This document shows positions 18,942 through 26,800 of a DNA stretch of 64,000 bases, piece after piece. Source of the DNA: Acidimicrobiaceae bacterium (GTDB lineage Bacteria > Actinomycetota > Acidimicrobiia > Acidimicrobiales > Aldehydirespiratoraceae); NCBI GenBank assembly GCA_028819005.1, contig JAPPMP010000033.1:14273-78272 (forward strand). Reading direction: 5' to 3'. Position 1 is the first letter of the stretch, and each line of letters starts with the position of its first letter. The notes under the pieces were generated by a model that made no database searches, was not told the origin of the DNA, and saw nothing but the letters and a program-made list of their open reading frames with translations. A program made the position numbers and the translations under genes.

Positions 18942-19185
18942 TCAAGTAAGCGAGAACGACTTGTCGGTCTGCTGACCGAATGGCATTCCCTTGTAGATGC
19001 TCGAATACGAGTAGTCACCCTGACTCATCCTTCCGCCACGCTCCAAGACCGCGGCGGGAGCGATGTCACGGTCGCGCATCAGCAGGCATAGAGCGAGGGG
19101 GAATGTTGAGTTGAACTGGTTCTTCCCCCACAGATCCTTGCCATGGCGGTCTGAGTTCTCGGGACGGATACCGAACAGAGAGGGG
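18942..19185 (-). pseudogene. start-less 81-codon ORF directly after dcm; possible relic of a partner (restriction?) gene
   Basis: My hand translation reads SLFGIRPENSDRHGKDLWGKNQFNSTFPLALCLLMRDRD...KSFSLT*. There is no ATG, GTG or TTG before codon 37. It begins right after the dcm stop codon. Confidence 0.3.
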
Positions 19186-20157
19186 CTATGGCTGGGTTGT
19201 ATATTGGACTGCCTCAGCGACCCGCTCAGCGAGTTGCACTGGCACGGCGTTGCCGATCTGCAGTTCGGTGTCGGCGTTGCGGTTGCGTCCGTCCCACTCC
19301 CATTCGATCGGGAATGTCTGGACTCGTCCCCTCTCGCGCGTCGTCAGAGGCCGAACCTCCGATGGTGGGACGCTGTCGAGATGATTGCCGGCGTACTTTG
19401 GCGGCACAGGTCGGTTCACTCCGCGCACGGTTGGCGACGGTTCATGCACAGAGAACACTGATCGGCGCGAGTAGTTGCGAGGATGACGATAGTAGAACTC
19501 GATGTTGATCTCTCCGCCCATGTACTGCTTCACCGTGAGACGTTGAGTCGCCTTTTTCGCGTCCAGATACTGTTCGAAGCGTTCTCCTTGGTCTCCGTTG
19601 CCCAGATATCCGAAAGCAAAGAACCTCCGCCTGATTTGCGGCACTCCATACCAGCTCGCATCGAGCACCGTTTCAACCACGGTGTAGCCTTCCGCAGAGA
19701 CAGTCTGCCGCATCCGTTTGTACGTCTCGCTCAGTCTGACCTGGGGGACGTTTTCCATGAGGAAGGCTGGTGGCTTGCAGCGTGCCAGAATGCGGCCAAA
19801 GGCGATTGTGAGGTTGGCATGACCGGCTTCAATCCGTTTGCCCGCCGTTGAGAAGTCTTGGCATGGTGGAGCACCGACGACCAGATCGGGAGCAAGGCTG
19901 GATATTCGTTCGCTGGTAGCGTCAACGTCGGACAAGTCGAACTCGACGGCGTGCCCGCCGATGTTGTGAACATAGGTTTCGAGGGCTTGGGGCCAGCAGT
20001 CGTAAGCCTCTGCGACGTCGATGCCAGCGCTTATCAACCCTTTTGAGAGTCCGCCGCATCCGCAGAACAGGTCTACCGCTCGTAGTGCCGATAGAGCAGT
20101 TTGCCGGGGGGATATCACGCTGGTCATGCTCATTAGATTGGCGCTGGGGTATGACAA
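19186..20157 (-). CDS. dcm: DNA (cytosine-5)-methyltransferase
   Basis: Motif I DLFCGCGG, motif IV PPCQDFS, motif VI ENV and motif X QIGNAVP. Confidence 0.9.
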   Translation of the reverse strand: MSYPSANLMSMTSVISPRQTALSALRAVDLFCGCGGLSKGLISAGIDVAEAYDCWPQALETYVHNIGGHAVEFDLSDVDATSERISSLAPDLVVGAPPCQDFSTAGKRIEAGHANLTIAFGRILARCKPPAFLMENVPQVRLSETYKRMRQTVSAEGYTVVETVLDASWYGVPQIRRRFFAFGYLGNGDQGERFEQYLDAKKATQRLTVKQYMGGEINIEFYYRHPRNYSRRSVFSVHEPSPTVRGVNRPVPPKYAGNHLDSVPPSEVRPLTTRERGRVQTFPIEWEWDGRNRNADTELQIGNAVPVQLAERVAEAVQYTTQP

Positions 20158-20345
20158 CGGCTCATTGAGTTCGACTCCGGCTCTGCACGATGATGATCAT
20201 ATGGGCGGTTCGGTGGAGTGTCACGGCTGAAGAGTCAGTCGTGGGCACGCACCTAGTTCCGGCAATAGACGCGCCCGCCTGATCTTGAGCGGATCCATTG
20301 ATTGAACACGGCCCGACAGATTGCTGTGGTTGGTAGAGTCCGGCC

Positions 20346-20783
20346 ATGAGCACGCTTCCCCGTGAGTCTTGGGCCTCCTCTGCGGCGACGCGGAAGTCCA
20401 TGCAGGGGAATCGCAGTCGTGATACCAAGCCGGAGTTGGCAGCACGTTCTCTGATTCACGCGCAGGGGCTTCGCTACCGTGTGGGCGACAGGCCGCTGCC
20501 GGGGCTCCGGCGGACTGCGGATCTGGTGTTCCGCAGAGACAAGATTGCGGTGTTCTTGGACGGCTGCTTCTGGCACGGTTGCCCCGAGCACCACACTCAA
20601 CCGTCGACCAACTTCGAATACTGGTCCGCGAAGATAAGCGGCAACATCGAGCGGGACAAAGACACCAACGCCCGCCTTGAGCAAGCCGGCTGGAAAGTCC
20701 TGCGCTTCTGGGAGCACGAGCCTCCCGAAACGGTCGCTGAGGTCGTATCGCAAGCAGTTCGCGCGAGTCGGGCAGGGGATTGA
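20346..20783 (+). CDS. vsr: very-short-patch repair endonuclease
   Basis: TKPELAARS, GLRYRV, FLDGCFWHGCPEH and VLRFWEHE. It is divergent from dcm. Confidence 0.9.
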   Translation: MSTLPRESWASSAATRKSMQGNRSRDTKPELAARSLIHAQGLRYRVGDRPLPGLRRTADLVFRRDKIAVFLDGCFWHGCPEHHTQPSTNFEYWSAKISGNIERDKDTNARLEQAGWKVLRFWEHEPPETVAEVVSQAVRASRAGD

Positions 20784-20866
20784 GCCCAGAGACAGCGAGA
20801 CGATTGTGGGTGGCAGCCGGTAAGGTGGGGGCGGTATCGTAGTAGTTCTTCTAGAGAGGAAGTCCT

Positions 20867-21187
20867 GTGATCACACTGACCGATTCCGCCGTGTCGAAAG
20901 TCGATGAACTCCTCACCGCAGAGGGGGAGGAAGGGCTGGCTCTGCGTGTGTCCGTGCGCCCCGGCGGCTGCTCGGGTTTCTCCTACGAGATGTATTTCGA
21001 CAACGAGAAGGCTTCCGACGACACGATGGTCGCCTACGGCCCCGTAGACGTGGTTGTGGATCCGTCGTCCGCCCAGCTTCTCGAGGGCGCCACGCTCGAC
21101 TACAAAGACGGCCTCACCGACGCCGGTTTCTCGATCGACAACCCCAACGCTCAACGCACCTGCGGCTGCGGCCAGAGTTTCAGCTGA
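20867..21187 (+). CDS. erpA: IscA/ErpA-type Fe-S cluster insertion protein
   Basis: GGCSGFSY and a C-terminal CGCGQSF. Confidence 0.9.
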   Translation: MITLTDSAVSKVDELLTAEGEEGLALRVSVRPGGCSGFSYEMYFDNEKASDDTMVAYGPVDVVVDPSSAQLLEGATLDYKDGLTDAGFSIDNPNAQRTCGCGQSFS

Positions 21188-21208
21188 CCCCTCTACAGGA
21201 CAGGCTCG

Positions 21209-21673
21209 TCAGGTCGAGCCTTCGGTCCACAGCCGGTCGATTGGCAGGGCTATGATACGGTCGTCGTCTTCAAAGCGGGTGCAGTAATCGCCTGTGTAAA
21301 ATACAACGCCGACGACAAATCGCTTGTCCAGGGCCTCGCGTAGCATCCGCAGGCCGCGCCGGTCGCGTCGATGGACCCTTCCGCTGGCCTTGACTTCAAT
21401 TCCGATGACTGAGCCGTCGTGCCCGTTTTCTATGACCAGATCGACCTCAGCTCCGTCGTGGGTGCGCCAATGGCCGACATGAGGTCGGTGTTCAAGCCAA
21501 GACGCTTGCTTGAGCACTTCACCGACGACGAATGTCTCGAGGAGGTGCCCGAACTGTTGCAATGATGTGGGGTCCAGCCCGGCGAGCTTTTCGGGTTGAA
21601 GGCTCAACAGCCTGGCCGCGACCCCTGAGTCGATGATGCGCAGCTTGGGGCGTGAGGCTACAGCAGAATGGAA
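21209..21673 (-). pseudogene. 5'-truncated DUF4143 AAA-ATPase gene (AAA domain missing)
   Basis: The listed 132-aa ORF starts at TTG. In-frame homology continues upstream (RPKLRIIDSGVAARLL, compare PKFYWVDCGVVRAL in 22686..23834) up to a stop at 21674-21676. No start codon and no Walker A are present. Confidence 0.65.
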
Positions 21674-21716
21674 TCAGGATTTCCACAGTTTGAAGACGAA
21701 CGGCTACGGTCGCGGT

Positions 21717-22664
21717 ATGACTGAGCGATCCTATGATCCAGAGTTTCTTGAGATTCTGCCGTTGCTGCCCACGCTCTCAGGTTTCTCCGATCTCGAGGAG
21801 ATTCATGCCATGCGGGACTCGATGGGCCTGTTTTTCACCGAGGTTGAACCCCGCGATGATGTGATCCGCGAGGACCGTGCGGTGCCGGGTCTCGACGGCG
21901 ACCCCGATGTGCCTGTGCGGATATACCGTCCAGAGGTGGCTCCCGCCGACCTTCTGCCCGCAGTGCTGGAGATCCACAGCGGCGGGTTCATGGTCGGATC
22001 GATCGAGATGATGGACTTCTGGTGCGATCGCGTGGCTGCCGAATTCCCGGCGGCAGTCGTGTCGGTCGAGTACCGACTGGCGCCCGAAGATCCTTTCCCA
22101 GCGGCGATCCACGATTGCTACGCGGCGCTCTTGTGGTTGGCCGACAATGCCGCGGAGCTGGGTGTAGACCCCGAGCGCGTGGCCATCGCCGGTCAGAGTG
22201 CCGGCGGCGGCCTGGCCGCGGGCACCGCGCTCATGGCCCGCGACCGCGGCGGGCCACCCTTGTGCTTCCAACTGCTGGAAATACCCGAACTGGATCATCG
22301 TCTCGAGACGCCGTCCATGAAGGAGTTCACCGATACGCCATTGTGGAATCGACCCAACGCAGTCTGGAGCTGGAAGCACTACTTGGGACCCGACCACGAA
22401 GGGCCTGTCTCGCCGTACGCGTCGCCTTCGGTGGCCGAAGACCTCTCAGGTCTGCCGCCTGCTTTCGTGTCGGTGATGGAGTTCGACCCGTTGCGTGATG
22501 AGGGGCTGACTTACGCAATGCGACTGCTCGAAGCCGGCGTGTCGACCGAGATCCACGCCTACCCGGGGACGTTCCACGCTTCGTCCATGGTGGCTGCCGC
22601 ACAGGTCAGCCTCAACAGCGCCCGTGACGCCTCGGCCGCCCTGCGCAAAGCGCTCGGTGCATAA
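21717..22664 (+). CDS. alpha/beta hydrolase (hormone-sensitive-lipase-like esterase)
   Basis: HSGGF oxyanion motif and the GQSAGG nucleophile elbow. ATG 21717 is preferred over 21633 because 21633-21673 overlaps the ATPase relic. Confidence 0.8.
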   Translation: MTERSYDPEFLEILPLLPTLSGFSDLEEIHAMRDSMGLFFTEVEPRDDVIREDRAVPGLDGDPDVPVRIYRPEVAPADLLPAVLEIHSGGFMVGSIEMMDFWCDRVAAEFPAAVVSVEYRLAPEDPFPAAIHDCYAALLWLADNAAELGVDPERVAIAGQSAGGGLAAGTALMARDRGGPPLCFQLLEIPELDHRLETPSMKEFTDTPLWNRPNAVWSWKHYLGPDHEGPVSPYASPSVAEDLSGLPPAFVSVMEFDPLRDEGLTYAMRLLEAGVSTEIHAYPGTFHASSMVAAAQVSLNSARDASAALRKALGA

Positions 22665-22685
22665 GCGAACAATTGGGCAGCAACT

Positions 22686-23834
22686 TCAGGGCCAGAGTTG
22701 ATCCGTGCTCAGCGCTTGGTGAAAATCGCTGAGCGGCCACACCTCTATACCGTCGTCGGTGCAAAAGGCGCGGTCACCACCGTAGATGAGGATGCGTCTG
22801 CACAGCCCAGTCAGATCTTCCAGGTTGCGGAGTCCCTTGAGCATGGCGGTGTTGTAACGGTTTGCGGATTTGACCTCGACCGCGATGTGCGCTCCATCGC
22901 GGGTGAGCACAAAGTCGACTTCCGTGCGGGATTCTGCGGGCGCCCAGTAGCCGATGTCATCGAAGAGGTGCTGGTGTTCGTTGTGGGCCCTGAACAAGCT
23001 GAAAACCCAGCCTTCGAGCAACGCGCCTCTCTCCTCGGCGGTCACCGGACCCAGTTGGCGTTTGAGGGCGCGCACGACCCCGCAGTCGACCCAGTAGAAC
23101 TTGGGTCGTCGCCGTTCTCGAACCCGCATTTTGGCCTCGAACGCCGATAGTCGTGTCGTCAACAGGGTGTCCTCAAGGATTTCGAGGTAGCCGTTGACGG
23201 TGGCTCGAGCAATACCCGCGTCACGGGCGATCCCGGCTGCATTGAGCGTCTGTGCGTGCATCAGAGCAGCGACCGGCAGGAACCGAACGAAGCCCGAAAG
23301 GTTTCTGACCAGTGCTTCGGCCCGGATCTCTTCTCGCAGATAGAGCTGTGTGTAACTGTTGAGTGCCTCACGCCGGTCGGGCGCAGTCCAGACCAAGGGA
23401 ATCGTGCCATAGCGCAGCGCTTCGTCGAGGTTGAAGTCGCTGCCCAACTCGGCGGGAGTGAGCGGATGCATCGCCTTGTTGAGCGCCCGCCCGGCCAACA
23501 GGTTCGTTCCGGCTGTCTTGAGCTTTCTCGCACTGGAGCCCAACAGCGCAAACTTGATTCCCCGTTCCTCGATCAGCCGGTGAACCTCGTTGAGCAGCGC
23601 GGGGATGCGCTGCACTTCGTCTACAACGACCCAGTCGCCGGCTTGTTGCTTCGAGAGCAACTGGCGAAACAGCGACGGGTCTGCCAACAAGTCTGCGAAC
23701 AGGGCTTCGTCGAGCAGGTCGATTCGCAGCGCATCGGGCAATGCCCCGCGAACCCATGTGCTCTTGCCGACTCCTCGAATCCCGAGCAGGAAAAAGCTCT
23801 GCTCAGGAACTCGGTTCAGCCTTGTGTAAAGCAT
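22686..23834 (-). CDS. AAA-family ATPase with DUF4143 domain
   Basis: Walker A GIRGVGKST, PKFYWVDCGV and a DUF4143 tail (EVDFVLT...AVEVKSA). It is on the same strand as the giant helicase gene and 36 nt downstream of it. Confidence 0.8.
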   Translation of the reverse strand: MLYTRLNRVPEQSFFLLGIRGVGKSTWVRGALPDALRIDLLDEALFADLLADPSLFRQLLSKQQAGDWVVVDEVQRIPALLNEVHRLIEERGIKFALLGSSARKLKTAGTNLLAGRALNKAMHPLTPAELGSDFNLDEALRYGTIPLVWTAPDRREALNSYTQLYLREEIRAEALVRNLSGFVRFLPVAALMHAQTLNAAGIARDAGIARATVNGYLEILEDTLLTTRLSAFEAKMRVRERRRPKFYWVDCGVVRALKRQLGPVTAEERGALLEGWVFSLFRAHNEHQHLFDDIGYWAPAESRTEVDFVLTRDGAHIAVEVKSANRYNTAMLKGLRNLEDLTGLCRRILIYGGDRAFCTDDGIEVWPLSDFHQALSTDQLWP

Positions 23835-23870
23835 GCCATCTAAAATAGCCGAAAACCGACGGTATATCTG

Positions 23871-26800
23871 TCACTTTTGCGGATTCAGCGCCTCGATCAA
23901 CTTTTCTGGCACCCAGTCGTGGACATGCTGGGCCGTCCATCCGTCTTCAAACAGCTGCGAATCGCGATGCTCGTCACGGTCGAGGAGGATGGCCACTTGC
24001 TGATCCGGCCAAGCGACTTCAAGGACGTCTCCTGAAGAAGTCGCGAATTCAGCAACAGGCGTCGACGCACCAAGATCCGAGACTTTGCGAAGCAGGCCAT
24101 GGACCAGTGGACTGAAAGCCTTGAATTCGTCGGGCTTTCGAGTGCTGAGAATGTGGTCGATCAAGGCCTGTGCATAACCGCGTGACAGTTCGTCGTGAAA
24201 ATACTGGTTGCGGTAAGTCCTCAAGCAGCCATAACAAGACGCTGATTCCTGACAAGAGCACACAACAACTCTGCGGGCTGCCATGAAGAGGGCAGGCAGG
24301 TTGTCGAGAATCCGCTGGGCATGGCCGGCCCCACCGGGAACTGTGTCGAACAACACCATTGCCGAAGAAGAGTTTCGGCCCCGAAAGTGCATCGTGCCGT
24401 CGACCTCAGCACGATTGATCCCGATAGCGGGCACCGCGGCCAGCAGGGCACTGAGCAGGCTGGTCATTGAATTGCCGGGGAAGCGGGTTCGCGGCGTTCC
24501 TTCGAATTGGATTTCCAATACATCAGTCAGGTAGTCGTGTCCGAGCTGTGTGAATTGCATACGACCAGCACATTTCTTGCCGGGCCGGCGCAAATCGTCG
24601 TGGTCTTTGCTGGATCGGCCCGAAGCCCGTTCGCCCTTTCCGCACCATGGGCAGAACCTGTAGCCGTTGGCATTGATCGTGACGATTCGGCCGGCACTGC
24701 TGGCACGCGCCGAGACCGCCAAGGTGCTTGAGAGCTCAGGAATCTCGGCGAACTCGGGCGCAGCATCTCGGTAGGAACCGAAATAGGTTTGCGTGCCGGT
24801 TCGACGAGAAGGCGGACTGTGCGGTTCGCCTTCGTGTTTGCCGACGAAGCCGTACCGCGGGCTGATGAAGTGGCCTGCGCCTTTTTGAGATCTGGTCTTT
24901 TGGCAACCGCACTCTGGACATTCTGGACTCACCTCTTCGATATGCATGCGAAACGCTTCGCAGGCATGGCATACCTTCCAGTGGTACTTGGGAAGCTCTT
25001 CACCTCGATGTGGTTGGCGGATACCTTTCGCTACCCAGAGCTGACCGCCGGCCACCACGGATTCCCCGGGTGCGAATTCCGTTATTGCAACGCGGAGGTC
25101 GCGGTCAAGCTCAAGCGATTGTGATTCAGTCCCGGCGTCAGACAGGTGGAGCGGGACAACGTCGATCGGAAACCCATATTTCGGGAGTATGTTCCGACTC
25201 GCCAAGAATCCCAAGAGTGACCGAGCCTCGAGGTTCCGCTTGACTCTTTTGAGGCGGTCACCCTGGCTCCCACGCTGTTGGTCGAAAGCGTCCGCAATCA
25301 TTTCGCTGAGTGCCTCAGACTCTTCATCGACGTCTTCGGCGGCTCGTTTCATCCAACCGAAGGTCGGCTCTGAATCGTCGTGCTGGTACAGAGCCTCAAC
25401 CCAGCCCCAGCCGGCGATGTCCATTTCAGCAGATGCAGCGTCTGGCAGCACCCGCTGCAGCGCAGTCTGAATCGCAGTCGGCTTGCAATTCAGCCACGTC
25501 TGGAACGCATCAGCACCCGATTCACCTCGCTCCCGGAAGAACTTTCCGACCTGTGTGGCCGGTTCCAGCCCCCTGTCGGCCAGGTGGCGCTGAAACGCGG
25601 CGAACGCCACGGAGTGGGCATGTCTGCGCAGTATCGGGGTGTTCTCGAGATGGATCCTCGGAGGGTTGACATGTCCGTCGATCATCGTCATCGGATCGTT
25701 GAAGAACGTCCGGTCGTGGGACCGCAACTGTGCCATCGCAATCACCACCGCCGCGGAGTTCTGTCTGCGACCGGCCCGGCCCGCACGCTGAACATAGTTG
25801 GAGGCGCTGGGCGGAACGTTGCGCAACAAGACCGCTTGAACATCTCCAACATCCACGCCCATCTCAAAGGTGGTCGAACAGCTCAGCACGTTCAGCTTCC
25901 CGCGCACGAACCGGTCCTGGATCTCACTTGCTTTGTCGGGCCGCCATTGCGCGGTGTGCTCCTCCACCGACATCCCGATCACATCCAGCTTTCGATAGAG
26001 CTGCGCGTAGTGATTGGAATCTACAGTTGCTGCATCAACCAGTTCCAGTGTTCCTTCGCAGCGCCACGAAGGGCACTCCCCGGCGATGGTGCGCCACCAG
26101 ATATTGCGGCATTTTGCGCACTGGTATGCAGGGTTGTCGGTGGATGCGAGGCCGAACTCGAGTCGCGTATGGTTCAAGGCGAACGTCACACCACGATGAT
26201 CGTTTGATCTGGTGAACAGCCCGTCTCCGGCGGGACCGGTGATCTGCTCCCACACGTTCTTCAAAACGTCGACGGGTCCTGCTTCGACGGTCCGTCGAAG
26301 CAGGACTTTGCGCAAAATCTCAACGCGTCGGTTTGTAGAGCGGGCACCTGGCAGCCAGGAGAGAATTCCAGAAGCGGACCCTTGCTCGCGCATTGCGATC
26401 TGCACGTTTCGCGGGGCGAACATCTCGTGGCTGATATCCACACCATCAGGTGTCGAAACGGCACCGCTCAGGCGCAGAGTATCCAAGAGGATCTGCAGCA
26501 GGTCAAAACATTCGTCCCTCTCCAAGCCGAGCCGCAGTAACGAATCCGGAGGTTCCAAGAGACGCGGCAAGGCCGACCGGATGTCTACTAGCCCCAGTCC
26601 GTCAAGGCTCTGCCGTCGGTCGAGAGCCAAGGCTTCTCGCGTGACCCAGCGCTCGACAGTCTTCTGATTGGCGGCGCGACCATCGTCGGGGTTGAGCAGC
26701 ACATCTTCAACTGCCCGCCTCGCGTTGTCGACGACATCGTCGAATCGCGGAGCCTCACCATATCGCTTGCTGAGGTCTGAGATTGCTTGAAGTACCACTC

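Noticed and set aside
23835-23870. Shared upstream motif (GATATA…CTATTTT.GATG) between the two intact DUF4143 ATPase genes (compare 7494-7516)
   Set aside because: The matches are short and AT-rich and lie at different distances from the start codons (2 nt versus about 33 nt). This is compatible with chance.
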